From: Christensenellaceae bacterium Phil1
GTDB lineage: Bacteria > Bacillota > Clostridia > Christensenellales > CAG-138
Direction: 5' to 3'
NCBI GenBank assembly: GCA_001940855.1
Contig: MSGS01000031.1
Span: 86,867-150,866, forward strand
DNA length: 64,000 nt
A program made the translations under genes and the position numbers. Below the pieces are notes generated by a model. The model was not told the DNA's origin. It did not search any database and worked only from the letters and a program-made list of their open reading frames with translations. This document shows positions 35,201-50,200 of the stretch, one piece after another (the first letter of the stretch is position 1; each line of letters begins with the position of its first letter).

Positions 35201-38200
35201 CGTACTGTCAGTTATACTTGCCGCCGCGCCCGCGTCTAACTTGCCTGATTATTCGGGCGAATGGCCGACGTTCAGGAACAGCAAGAACAACAACGCCCTC
35301 ACCAATTCCGTAACGCCCGATAGTGCAGCAACCGCTGAACTCAAGTGGGCAAAGAAATACGGTTCTGGCTGGGGTCCAAAAGCTGTAAATGTGCCAATAA
35401 TTGTAAATAATCATATTTACATTGCAAGGAATGACGATATCTTCTGCCTGAGCAAAGATACCGGCGAAGCAGTTGTAAGCGGCAAGCTTGCATCACCCCA
35501 GGGCGGCTATGGAACCAACTCTATGGTTTATGCCGAGGGAATGGTGTTTGTGCAGCTTGGCAATGGACACATACAGGCGCTTCGTGCGGATACGTTGGAA
35601 AGCCTTTGGGTGACCGAATCCATAGGTGACCAGACCATATCTCCCATAACTTACTATAACGGCTATATTTACACCGGTACATGGGGCAGCGAAACCAAAG
35701 AGCAGAATTTTGCCTGCTTCTCCGTAACCGATGAAGACCCCACAAACGGCTTTGAAACCAAGTACGCAACGTGGCTCAGGCCGCATGCAGGCGGTTATTA
35801 CTGGGTAGGCGCATATGTGAACGACGTTTGCGCGGTATTTGGTTCCGATGACGGCTCAAGCGGCAGCAACAGCCCCACCGCGGTGCTGTACTCCGTAAAC
35901 CCCGTAACCGGCAGAATCATCGATACTATAGATAACGTGATAGGCGATATCCGCTGCACTGTTGTTTATGATTCCGGTCGCGTGTACTTCACCACCAAGG
36001 GCGGTTATCTCTACTCCGTGGGCCTTAACACCAACGGTACGTTTGACCATAACTCCATCAAGTCTATCCAGATTGGCAGCATGTCTACCAGCACTCCCGT
36101 AATATACAAGGGAAGGCTGTATGTTGGCTGCTCCGGCAAGGGCTATGACTGGAATGGCGATTCCGGCAGCGGTATAGCCGTGGTAGACGTGTCCGGCGGC
36201 AAGCTTGAAAAGATATACAAGGCTTCAACACCCGGTTACCCGCAGGCAGGCCCGCTGGTAAGCACCGCGTTTGAAAGCAGCACCGGCAAGGTGTATGTGT
36301 ATACCACTTACAACAACAACCCCGGCGGAATATACATAATAGAGGACAGCGCAGGCCAGACCGAACCCAGCGCGAACAACGGCAACCTGTATGTGCCCGA
36401 GAAGGCATATCAGCAGTTTTGCATAAGCACCATCTGCGCGGACAGTGAAGGCACGCTCTATTATAAGAATGACTCCGGCATGGTAATAGCCGTTAAGAGC
36501 AAGGCTAAGCTGCCCGATCCTCCCAAGCCCACGCCCACTCCCGGCGATGATGACGGCTATAAGCCCGGTTGGCCTGGCGGCAGCATACTTGGCCCGGGTT
36601 CAAACTCCAATGTACCCACTCCGCCCACGGCAGAAATGCCCGTTACCGGCGGCGAAGAAAGCATACTGCCCATAGCCCTGCTTATTGCCGGCGCGGTCAT
36701 GCTGGTTGCACTCAGGCGCAAAAAGAGAGTATAATATAAACAAAAACGGGAGACAAGCCGAAATGGAGTTCGTATATAACGATATGAGCGCGCAGGCGAG
36801 CATGGCGCAATATATAAACGATTGCGTTGATGTGCCGCGCATAATAAAGGGATGCCAAGGCTGTAAAAACTATGCCAAGCTTTGGTCATGCCCGCCATTC
36901 GGCTTTGACCCCGTTAAGATTTGGCGTGATTATTCTAAGCTGACGCTGTACGCAAGGAAGATATCCTTCCCAAAGGAGCTTACGGAAAAATCATTCGATG
37001 CATATGGGCTTACGGCGCAATATTTTGAAATATGGAATAAAGAACGCAGGAAGTTTTTTATCGAGCTTATGGAACGGGAACAGAGCACGCCGGGTAGCCT
37101 TATGCTTGCCGCGGGCTGCTGCGACGAATGCGCAACGTGCGCGCGGGCAAACGGTGTGCCGTGCATAAAGCCCGACAGGCTCAGATATTCCATAGAGTCC
37201 CTTGGCGGGGACGTTGAAAAAACGCTGGAGCTTTATTTTAACGAAAGGCTGCTTTGGGGCAGGGAAGGGCATATGCCCGAATATATGCTGCTTGTGGGTG
37301 GACTGATGCAAAAATAAATATCGCCTATATTCCCGCGCCATGGCTTCTGTTGGACCGGAGGGCCTGTGCGCGGGGATAAAAATAAGCTTACCCCAAAGGG
37401 TAAGCTTATTTTGTGTATTTAATGATTAAAAGTCACATTCCTGCTCGATATGCGCTATAAGCTGATCGATGGGCATACGAATCTGCTCCATGGTATCGCG
37501 GTCGCGCACGGTAACGGTGTTGTCCTCAAGGGTATCGAAGTCAACCGTTATGCACATGGGCGTGCCGATTTCGTCATGGCGGCGGTAACGCTTGCCTATG
37601 GCGCCGGAATCATCGTAATCCACCATGAACTTCTTGGAAAGCATGCTGTAAATTTCGCGCGCCTTGTCGCCCAACTTGTTCTTCTGCAGCGGCAGAACAG
37701 CGGCCTTATAAGGAGCGATTGCGGGATGCAGATGCAGAATGTTCCTCACGTCGCCGTTTTCAAGCGTTTCTTCGTCGTAAGCGTCGCACAGGAGCATCAG
37801 CAGCATTCTTTCTACGCCAACGGAAGGCTCTATGACATAAGGCACATACTTCTCGTTGGTGAAAGGATCGGTATAGGTAAGATCCTGACCGGACTGCTTG
37901 GCATGCGCGCTAAGGTCGAAATTGGTGCGGCTCGCAACGCCCCAAAGCTCGCCCCAGCCGAACGGGAACTTGTATTCTATATCGGTGGTGCCGTTGGAGT
38001 AATGCGAAAGTTCGGCCTTCTCATGCTCCCTCAGGCGCATATTTTCCTCGTGTATGCCAAGGGACAGCACGAAGTTCTTGCAGTATTCCTTCCAATACTG
38101 GTACCAGTCAAGCTCGGTGCCGGGCGCGCAGAAGAATTCAAGCTCCATCTGCTCAAACTCGCGGGTACGGAATATGAAGTTGCCCGGGGTTATCTCGTTG

Positions 38201-41200
38201 CGGAAGGATTTACCGATCTGGCCTATACCGAAAGGTATCTTGCGGCGAGTGGTGCGCTGCACGTTCTTGAAGTTTACGAATATGCCCTGCGCGGTTTCGG
38301 GACGCAGATATATCTGGCTGGCAGTGTCCTCGTTAACGCCCTGGAATGTTTTGAACATCATGTTGAACTTGCGGATGGGGGTGAACTCGCTCTTTCCGCA
38401 TTCGGGGCATACTATGCCTTTTTCGGCAATGTATGCGGACATCTGCTCATGTGTCCATCCGTCGGGATGTACGTCCTCAAGGCCGTGCTTTTCGGCATAT
38501 TCTTCAATAAGCTTGTCCGCACGGAAACGGGCTTTGCAGCTCTTGCAGTCCATAAGCGGGTCGTTGAAGTTCACAACGTGTCCGCTGGCTACCCAAACCT
38601 CCGGGTTCATCAGTATGGCGGAGTCGAGACCGACATTGTATTCGCATTCCTGCACAAATTTGCGCCACCATGCTTTTTTTACGTTGTTTTTCATCTCCAC
38701 GCCCAGAGGGCCATAATCCCACGCGTTTGCAAGGCCGCCGTAAAGTTCGGAGCCGGCGAAAACAAAGCCGCGATTTTTGCAAAGCGCAACTATTTTATCC
38801 ATACTATATCCGCTCATTAGGTATAACCTCCTAAAAATTTATAGCGATTTTTTCAATATTAAATATGATACCATAGGCATGGCGTTTGTTCAAGTGTTGC
38901 TAAAACATATGGGTTAGGGATATAATATAGTGTCTGTATTTATGTATATAAGAAAGGATGCGTATGAGGAAAGATATTGCTGTGCCGCAGGGTGAGCTGG
39001 AAAGCGCACGCTTGGCGGCTGAAAGGATAAATAACAACCTGGACGGGCGTAAGCCTACCTATTATATAGAGACGTATGGCTGCCAGATGAACGAGCATGA
39101 CTCGGAAAAAATAGCGGGCATACTTGAACGCTGCGGCTATGTTCCGGCAGCGGATAAGGCTGCGGCTAACATTATATTTTTCAATACATGCTGCGTAAGG
39201 GATCACGCGGAAAAGAAGGTGTTCGGCAACATAGGCGCGCTTAAAAAGGTGAAGGACGAAAACCCTTCGCTGATAATAGGCGTGTGCGGCTGCATGATGC
39301 AGCAAAAAGAAGTTGCGGACAAGCTGTTCAAGCGTTTTCCGTATCTTGACATGGTGTTTGGCACGAATGAACTGCATATGCTGCCAAATCTGCTTGAAAA
39401 GGTGCTCAACGGCGAACGCATAGAGCTTGTGCGCCAGATGGACGGCGAAATAGCCGAAGGGTTGCCGGTTAAGCGTATAGACAGCGTATCCCAATTCGTT
39501 ACCATAATGTATGGCTGCAATAACTTCTGCTCGTATTGCATAGTGCCATACGTTCGCGGGCGCGAAAGGTCAAGGAGCGTTGAAAGTATAGTTAACGAGG
39601 TAAAAGATCTTGCGGCGAACGGCGTGAAGGAGATAACGCTGCTTGGGCAGAACGTTAACTCCTATTACAGCGAAGATGATAATGCGGATTTTCCCGCGCT
39701 GCTCAGAGCAGTATGCAAGGTTGACGGAATCGAGCGCGTGCGTTTTATGACCTCGCACCCAAAGGATCTGTCTGATGGATTGATAGCCGCCATGGCGGAA
39801 GAAGAGAAGGTCTGCCCGCATATACATCTTCCCGTGCAGTCCGGAAGCGACAGAATACTGAAGCTTATGAACCGCCATTATGACTGTGAACGGTATTTTA
39901 CGGTTGTGGACAAGCTGAAGGCCGCAGTCCCGGGAGTTGAGCTGACAACGGACATAATAGTCGGCTTCCCTGGGGAAACGGAGGAGGATTTTGAAGCGAC
40001 GCTCGACATGGTTGAAAAAATAGGATACAGCGCTGCGTATACATTCAAATATTCCCCGCGCACCGGAACAAAGGCCGCCACTATGGATGAGCAAATAAGC
40101 GAAGAGGTGAAGAAAGAGCGATTGAAGCGGCTCAATGACACCGTTGCGAAGGGACTTAAAGCGGGCAGCGAAAAGTATATCGGGCAGGAAGGCGAAGTGC
40201 TTGTTGAAGGCTGCGACCACCGCGGCGAAACAATGGCCTACGGTAAGCTTCCGTGTTTTAAGATGGTATACTTCAAGGGCGATGAAAGCATGATAGGCTC
40301 ACTGCGCTGCGTGAGAATAACTGGAATAACGAAAAACTCCCTTGTCGGGGAACTGATATAATAACATAAGATATTGAAAGGAAATAACATGATACTTGAA
40401 AAAGCAAGAGAACTTGGCATTGCGCTGAGCGAATCCGACGAATTTATAAACATGACCCGCACGCGAGAGGCCATGGAGGCGGATACGCAGCTGATGGATG
40501 AACTGAACGAATATAACGCCATGCAGGAATCAATAGCACGGCTGCTCACGATGGACGGCGATAATCAGGCCGAAATACAGCAGATGTCCCGCGATATAGA
40601 GAGGCTGCATGATGAACTGATAGCCAACGAAACATTCCGCGCCATGCTTGAAGCACAGGCGGAGTTTCAGCAGCTTATGAAGCGCGTGAACGCAATAATA
40701 GGCATGTGCATAGGCGCGGAGAACAGGGCTGAAGAAACCGATGGCGGTGAAGATGACGAAGGCGGATGCGGAGGATGCAGCGGCTGCTGCGCAAATTGCT
40801 CCGGCTGCCACTAAGAATCGAACTAAAGCGTACTAACAACAAAGGGGAAACACTATGCCAGCAGGCCTTACGCCCATGATGAGCCAATACCTTGCGCTGA
40901 AGGAAAAATACAGCGATTGTTTGCTGTTCTTCAGGCTTGGTGATTTTTACGAAATGTTCTTTGAGGACGCGGTAACCGCATCCAAGGTGCTTGATATAGC
41001 GCTTACGGGGCGGGATTGCGGCCTTGAAACACGCGCACCGATGTGCGGCGTGCCGTTCCACGCGGTGGATTCATATATTGCAAAGCTTATCGAAAACGGC
41101 TATAAGGTTGCGCTGTGCGAACAGCTTACTGACCCCGCGCTTTCAAAAGGGCTTGTTGAGCGGGACGTTGTTAGGGTATATACCGCGGGTACGGTAATAG

Positions 41201-44200
41201 AAGAAAATATGCTGGACGAGCGTGCGAATAACTACATAATCGCCATGTATGCTTCTTCTGACGAGGTCGGGCTTGCCTGCTGCGACGTTTCAACGGGCAG
41301 CTTTACCGTGAGCGAGATATCGATTGCGGATAAGATGGACGACCTTGTGAACGAACTTGCAAGGATAGCCCCGCGCGAGGCGATAGCCAATGAAGCATAC
41401 TTCCTTAGGGAAGATATGGCAAAGTCTTTGCAGCTTAGCTGCGCGGTGACCTGCGCCGATTCGCGTGATTTTGAACCCACACGCGCGGAAGCGAAAGTGC
41501 TTATGCATTTCCGTGCGACGTCGCTGCAAACGCTTGGGTGCGACGCGCTCAAAAGCGCTGTGTGCGCCGCCGGCGCGCTTATAAGCTACCTTGAGCAGAC
41601 GCAGAAGAACAGCCTTGAGCACATAAAAAAGCTTACAGTGCTGCAAAGGAGCCTGTATTTGGGGCTTGATGCGTCCACAAGGCGAAATCTGGAACTGACA
41701 AAACCGCTGCATACGGACAGCGGGAAGAAAAGCACGCTGCTATATCACCTTGATAAAACGTCAACTTCCATGGGCGCAAGGTTTCTGCGCGCGGCGATAG
41801 AGCAGCCGCTGCAAAGCATAGACGCCATAAACGAGCGTTTGAACGCCGTTGACGAGCTGGTGAACAAGCGGGCGGAACGCGATAAATTATCGGGCCTGCT
41901 TGATAATATATACGATATTGAGCGGCTGTGCAGCCGCATAGCTTATGGCAGCGTGAACGGGCGGGACTGCGTATCGCTTAGAGTATCGCTTGAAAAACTG
42001 CCAGCCGTGATAGAAAAGGCGCACTCACTTGAGTCTGAAGCATTCTGCCGCATAGCAAAAAATCTTGACGCGATGGAGGACATATGCGCGCTGCTGAGGG
42101 ATGCGATAGTGGACGATCCCCCCATAGGAGTGAAGGATGGCGGCGTTATACGCGCCGGATACAACAGCGAAGTGGACGAACTTAGAGAGGCCGCCACAAA
42201 CGGCAAGGGCATGATGGCCGCTGTAGAAGCGCGTGAACGCGCCGCCACGGGCATAAAAAATCTGAGAGTTGGATATAACAGAGTATTCGGTTATTATATT
42301 GAAGTTACCAAGGCGTATCAGCATTTGGTGCCGTATGGCTATATAAGAAAGCAAACGCTTGCTAATTCGGAGCGCTATGTTACCGAAGAACTGAAAGAAT
42401 TGGAAGAGAAGATAACGGGCGCAGAAAGCAACCTTATCAGCCTTGAATACAAGCTGTTTACGGAAATAAGGGAAACTCTGTTGGGCTGCATAGACCGGCT
42501 GCAAAGCGATTCGGCGTTGATAGCGGAGCTGGACTTCTATTGCTCGCTTGCGCATGTTGCTTTCGAAAACAACTATTGCAGGCCAAAAATGCAGCTGAAC
42601 GGCGCAATAAACATAGTTGAAGGCCGCCATCCGGTCGTTGAAAGCGGAATGAAGGGCGCGTTTGTGCCAAATAACGTGCAGCTTGACCAGAAGGATAACC
42701 GCCTGCTTATAATCACCGGCCCAAATATGGCCGGTAAAAGCACATATTTAAGGCAGGTTGCTATAATAACGCTGATGGCACACATAGGCTCGTTCGTGCC
42801 GGCAAAAAAGGCCGCAATAACCATAGTGGACAGAATATTTACCCGCATAGGAGCATCGGATAATCTTTCCGGCGGGCAAAGCACGTTTATGGTTGAAATG
42901 AGCGAGGTTGCAGGCATACTGAATAATGCTACCAGCCGCAGCCTGCTTATATTGGACGAAATAGGCCGCGGCACAAGCACGTTTGACGGGCTGAGCATAG
43001 CATGGGCTGTGCTTGAATATATTGCCGACCCTGCGCGCTGCGGCGCAAAGGCGCTGTTTGCCACGCATTACCATGAATTGACGGAGCTTGAGGGCAAATT
43101 GCCGGGCATAAAGAATTACCGCATAACGGTAAAGGAAGTTGGGGACGACATAATATTCCTTCGGCGCATCGTACGCGGAGGGGCGGACAGAAGCTTCGGC
43201 GTGCAGGTGGCGCGGCTTGCGGGGCTGCCTGACGATGTTATAGCAAGGGCTAAAGAGCTGCTGAAACAGCTTGAAGCGGCGGACATAAATCACGATATAG
43301 AGCCGGTATTGAGCGGCGGTGAGGATCAGCAGATGTCGCTTTTCGGCTCATGCGCAGCGGATGATATAATAGGCACGCTGAGCGATATGCAGCTTGATAC
43401 AATGACGCCTATGGACGCCATGAACGCATTATACGATTTACAAATGAGAGCAAAGCTCAGAAAGGGAAAAAAATGAGCCGTATCCATGTGCTGGATAGCT
43501 ATACGGCGAACCGCATAGCTGCGGGCGAGGTCGTGGAAAGGCCGGCCTCGGTCGTAAAAGAATTGCTTGAAAACGCGATAGATGCGGGCGCAACTGCCGT
43601 GACGATAGAAACAAAAGGCGGCGGGCTTGAATCTATCCGCGTGAGCGATAACGGCATCGGCATAAACGCGGACGATGTTGCAACCGCCTTTTTGCCGCAT
43701 GCTACAAGTAAGATCGCCACAACGGACGATTTATTTTCAATAAACACGCTGGGTTTCCGCGGGGAGGCTTTGCCGAGCATTGCGGCTGTATCCAAGGTCA
43801 CCATGCGCACGAAGCAGAAAGACGCGGCAAACGGCGTACTGCTGCGCATAAACGGAGGGGACATAATAGAAAACCATGAAGCAGGGGTGCCGGACGGAAC
43901 AACGATAGAATGTGAAGATCTTTTCTATAATGTTCCCGCAAGGCTTAAATTTATAAAGAGCGCGCGGGCGGAATCGGCACATATAAGCGACTATGTTTCC
44001 CGCATGATAATGGCGCGGCCTGATATAAAAATAAAGCTGATACAGTCCGGCAGAACGGTGTTCCACAGCGAAGGCGACGGCGAACTGGACAGCGCCATAG
44101 CCTGCGTTTACGGTAACGACATTCTGCCGAACCTTAGGGAAATATACTATGATGACGGGTATTTCAACCTTGTAGGGTTCATTGGTACGGAGCAGATAGG

Positions 44201-47200
44201 CCGCGCGGCGCGCACGGCACAGTCGTTCTATGTAAACTGCCGCTATATACGCTCCCAGAAGCTTTCATATGCGCTGCAGCGGGCGTATGATACGCGTCTT
44301 ATGCAGGGCCGCTTCCCGTTTGCTGTGCTGCATATAGGAATATCGCCCGAAGAGATAGACGTAAACGTTCATCCGAACAAGCTGGAGGTACGCTTCAGGC
44401 ACGAGGACAGGATAATGGGGCCGTTCGTTACTCAATGCCGTAAGGCGCTGGAGCAGACGGAGGAAGATTTGACGCTTGATTTTAACGCGCCTGAGATAAA
44501 GAAAATAGTATATGTTCAAAACGAAATGCCCGGCGCAGTCGCCAAGGTTGATACCATGAAACGAGTTGCCGATATGGCGTTTAGCCAAAGGGACGAAAGC
44601 CGCATCGAACTTAGCGCACTTCCGGCGGAAGCATTTGTTCCCAAGCATGATACTGCGCCTGCATATGCTGTGCATGATAAAGAATCGGCTAAAACGGCGC
44701 ACAGCGAATACGTTGGTGATAGGACGGCCGGTACGCCTATAATACCTCCTGTTTGGCAGGAAATAAGGAAGGCAGAGGAGACGGCGTACATAGAGGCGGA
44801 TGAAAAAACAGCCCCTCAGCCGGCAAAGCAGGAGGAAGCATATATACCGCAGCCTAAGGTGGAAATACCCAAAATAACGCCGGTGCAGCAGAGGGTGGAC
44901 TTTACTCAATATGAAATAATAGGCCAGCTTTTCAGCTGCTATTGGATAGTACAGCATGATGACGAGGTTATATTTATCGATCAGCATGCCATGCATGAGC
45001 GCAGGCTGTACGAAAGAATAATTGAAAGGGATATTCCTGCCGATTCCCAGCAGCTTTTAACACCGGAGATAATAAAGCTTACGCCGGTTGAGTTTGCGCT
45101 GCTTATGGATAACATAGACCGGTTCAGCGAGATAGGATTTGATATAGAGGAATTCGGAGCTATGAGCGTGAGTGTGCGCGCAGTGCCTGTAATTATGGGG
45201 AAAACGGATATAAAACGCTTTCTTACGGATGCAATAGCGCTGTTTGACGCAAAGAATAAGCTTACGACTATTGATATGAAGCGCGGCGCGCTTATAACGC
45301 GGGCGTGCAAATCCGCAATAAAGGCGGGGGAGAGAATAAGCGAAACGGAAATAAGGGCGCTGCTTGATCAATACGATAAGGAAGGCGTGCCGCTTACCTG
45401 CCCGCACGGCCGCCCGGTGATGGCGCGCATGACGAAAACAGAATTTGAAAAGCTGTTCAAACGGATAGTATGATGAAGCATAAACTGTTTATAATCACCG
45501 GACCTACCGCCAGCGGAAAAACAGCCGCATCGGTATCGGCCGCACGGCTGATGAATGCGGAGATAATATCCGCTGACGCAATACAGCTATATAAAAAGCT
45601 GGACATAGGCTCGGCAAAGCCAACGGAGGAAGAACGCCGCGGCATAGTTCACTACATGATGGACTGCATAGAGCCCGATGAGCCGCGCTTTACCGTATCG
45701 CGATTCCGCGACGGGGCGATAGAGGCAGCAAACGGGATAATTGCAAAAGGAAAAAGGCCGCTTGTTGTGGGCGGTACGGGCTTATATATAAACGCGCTCA
45801 CATATCCGCTTACCTTTTCGCAAATTGCGCCGGATGGGGAGCTGCGTGCGGAGCTTATGGAAAAAGAGCAGGCTGAAAAGGGCGCGTTGCATAAAATGCT
45901 TGCGGAGCTGGATGCAAAAACAGCCGAGCGTCTGCACCCGAACGACACAAAGCGTATAGTGAGGGCGCTTGAAATATGCATAAAAAGCGGCAAGAAGGCA
46001 TCTGAGCAAGGAGAGGGCTTTACTTATCGCAACGATGATGCGCTCGAGTTTACGCCGGTAATGGCGGGCATAACCATGCCGCGGGATATGCTGTATGCAA
46101 GAATAGAAAAGCGCGTGGACGATATGTTTAACGCGGGGCTTGTTGATGAAGTTCATGCTTTGCTTTCGTGCGGCTGTACGCGGGATTTGCCGGCAATGCA
46201 GGGCCTTGGATACAAAGAAACGATTGCATACATAATGGGCGAATGCACGCTTGACGAAGCGAAGGAGACAATAAAGCGCGAAACGCGCCGCCTTGCTAAG
46301 CGGCAGCTTACATGGTTCCGCAGGGAGGAACGCATACGTTGGTTCGATGCAACGGAATACGGCTGCGCGGAGGAACTGGGCAAGGCGATAGCGGAGCATT
46401 TTTTGACACAGGAGGAGCAAAATGGCTGATACACGCGGCAATTTGCAGGATGAATTCCTTAACCAAATACGGAAGGAAAAGCTTCCTGTCAGCATACATG
46501 TTATAAACGGATACCAATTTAATCATCTTAAGGTTATCAGTTTTGATAATTATGTCATTCTGGTTGAGGATGACGGGGGAGTGCAGCGGCTTATATATAA
46601 GCATGCCGTATCGACCATAACAATAGAACAGAACGCAGCAAAGAAGGAGCAACTAACAGCAAAATGACGAATGAAGGCAATGGTGCGATAATGCGCGAAT
46701 TGGGAATATCAAAGCAGGCATACGATTTCGTCCGTTCGGCCGAAAACAGCATAAAACCTGTTTTTGAAAGGATAGATGCAAATGCGGAAGTGAACCTTGC
46801 CCGAGTACTGGCCGGATTCAGGAAAGAGAACGTTGGCCTTAGGCATTTTGCGCCAACGACCGGCTATGGTTACGATGATGCGGGCAGGGATACGCTGGAC
46901 AGGCTGTTTGCACATGCACTGTTTGCGGAGGATGCATTGGTGCGGCCGCAGCTCACCTCCGGAACACATGCACTGTATCTTGCGCTGTCCGGTCTGTGCC
47001 AAATGGGAGATGCTGTTGTTGCCGCATTCGGAAAGCCGTATGATACGCTTGAAAACGCGATAGGACTGAGCGGTGACCATCCGCATTCGCTCAAAAAGCA
47101 AGGGGTTTCGTTTGATTATGTTGACCTTAATGACGACGGCAGCATAAACATATACGGCGTGCTGAATATGGTGGCGCAAAAGAACGCCGCCGTGCTGTAT

Positions 47201-50200
47201 GTTCAGCGTTCGCGCGGCTATGCGTGGCGCGATTCGCTTCTGGTGAATGAGCATATGGCGCCGCTGTTCAGAACGGTAAAGGAAAGATTTCCAAATATAG
47301 CTATATTTGTGGATAACTGCTACGGCGAATTTACTGACGTTGTGGAGCCGCTGTGCGCCGGTGCGGATATAATTGCAGGTTCGCTTATAAAGAATCCGGG
47401 CGGCGGAATAGCGCCTACAGGCGGTTATATAGCAGGCAAGGCGAAATATATTCAGCGGATAGAAAACCTGCTCACGGTGCCCGGAATGGGGCGGGAGGTG
47501 GGCTCCTACGCGGCGAGTTATCGTCCGTTCTATCAGGGGCTGTATATGGCGCCGCATACAACAGCGCAGGCTTTGAAGGGCGCGGCGTTGTTTGCGCGCA
47601 TATTTGAAATGCTTGGCATGGAAACAATGCCCTCGTCCAATGCAAAACGATCGGACATAGTGCAGGCCGTGCGCTTTGAGGAAGCAGAGGGGCTAATATC
47701 GTTCTGCCGAAGCATACAAAGTGCGTCTCCGGTCGATTCGGCTGCCGTGCCGGAACCGTGGGATATGCCCGGCTATACATCGCAGGTGATAATGGCCGCG
47801 GGTGCGTTTGTGCAGGGATCTTCCATAGAGCTCAGCGCGGATGCGCCTATAAGAAAGCCCTACACGGCGTATGTGCAGGGCGGGTTGACATATGAACATT
47901 GTTCGCTTGCAGCTATGCTTGTGCTGACGGATCTTATAAAGAAAGGCATAGCGAAGCTTTAATATTCACGGTAAAGGCCGATGAGCTTGCCGACTATTTC
48001 AACATCGTTTATATCTACTATAATGGGCTGCATGCTGCTGTTTTCGGGCTGCAGCCTTATTTTATTGCCATTTTCATAGAATACGCGCTTTAGCGTTGCT
48101 GATTCGCCGGATACGCGCACAACGCCTATTTCGCCGGACTCAACGGACATGCCGCGGTGGATTATTATAATATCGCCGTCGTTTATTCCGGCTTCTATCA
48201 TGCTTTGGCCCTGAACCCTAAGCATGAATACTTCAGTATCGTTTGCACCTTTAAGGAGGTGCTTGGGCATGACATAGTATTCCTGGATGTTCTCCACGGC
48301 AAGGATGGGTATGCCCGCAGCTACATTGCCGACCAGCGGCACGGATTGCATGTGCGTGTTTACGGCGCGGTCATTTGTACCCTCAGGCAGCGTTATGCTG
48401 CGCTGCTTTGACGGATTGCATATTATAAGCCCCTTCTCGGCCAGATTGCTTATATGCATATGCACGGTGGACGTGGATCTCAGCCCAAGTGCCGCGCCTA
48501 TTTCGCGAACGGTAGGAGGATAGGAGTTGATTGCTATGAACTCCTTTATATAATTATATACTGCTTTTTGCGTTTCGCCGGATTTACGCATGGTTAACCT
48601 CCTTGGTCTGTGGTATTATAGTATAGCGTTGATTGATTATAGCACATGCCGGCAGTCAATGCAAACCTTTGTTCTGAAAGAATGGAAAGAAACGGAGTAC
48701 GTTATGAACGCAAAGCAACCTTACAGAACCCCGGAAGGGGATATGTGCGATCTGGATCCGAATAAGATATGCGATAACTGCATGAAATGCGTGAATAAAA
48801 ACGGCGCGGACTATACGGAAATACTTGCCGATTTTGACCCGGAATCGATACGGGTATTCACGCCGGGCGATGACGAGGACGATATAAGCGAACCTATAGA
48901 GCAGCTGGATATAGACCCTGAACTTATGGCGGAGTGGGAAGAAAAGCTTCGCCTTGCGGAGGAAGCTGAACGCGAAGGCGAAGCCGAAGCGGTAGAGGAG
49001 GAGTTGATTGAACCGATAGGCTACCGCGGCGTGCGCCAAAGGCGGGCGCATGTTTCCCATGTGCAAAGGCGCGGTTAATCGTCCCTAAGCTTTATTACCT
49101 TTGCGGCAAGCCTGCGCCTGTCTTCCGATACTGCGGCGTAATGCTTGCGCGTGGTGTTAACGTCCTTATGGCCCAAAACATCGGCCACCAGATATATGTC
49201 GCCGGTTTCCCTGTAAAGATTCGTACCGTATGTGCTCCTAAGCTTATGCGGGGATATCTTTTTCAGCGGAACGGCGATTTTTGCGTATTTTTCAACCAGG
49301 TTTTCAACTGCGCGGATGGTGAGCCGCGTTTTTTGCAGCGAAAGGAACAGCGCGTCCTCATGCCCTGGGGCAGCCTGTATGCGTTCACGCTCAAGCATAT
49401 ATTGCAGCAGCGCTTCACGCGCTTCGTCGCCGAACACCAATATGTCCTGCTTGCCGCCTTTGCGCACGATGGAAAACTCGTTTGAAGTAAAGTTTATGTC
49501 GTCCATATCTATGCCCACCAGTTCGCTTATACGTATGCCTGTACCGAGGAACAGGGTGAGAATGGCCAAATCGCGTGCCTGCGTCTTTTTATGGTATGCT
49601 TTTTGCTTATCAGTTAATCCGTCGCCGTTTTGCACAACGTCAAGCAGGTCTGCTACTTCGTTCGGCTCAAGGCGTATTATGGCCCTATCACGTATCGTGG
49701 GCAGGTCAACGAGAGACGGCGCGTTGTGCGTAAGCTTTTCTTTTTTATAGAAATATTTATACATGGCGCGGATGCTTGAAAGCTTTCTTGCCTTCGCGCG
49801 ATCCTGATTCACCTTTTCGCGCTCATCATCGTCAACGTACATGGTGACATAGCTTAAATATATCTCAACATCCGTAACGCTCACCCTGTCAATGTCCGAA
49901 AGGGTAAGGGAGCGAATATTATCCCTCTTGAAATTCTCGTTTTCCTTTATAAGAAAGCCAAAGAAATTCTTTAAGTCGCCCGCGTATGCAACGCGCGTGC
50001 GTATGAGCGTTTCGTTTTCTATGCCGCGGAAAAACTCCGCGCAGAACGGCGGCAGCTCGCTGATCATTCGCTTGAGCTGAGCCATGTATTCTTTATATTG
50101 AGCCGAATCAAATGTTTGGTTCGCCATAGGGAACCCATCTCCTTCCAATTAGCAACTATTCGCTAAACACAAGTTTAACGAATAGTTGTGTAGAAATCAA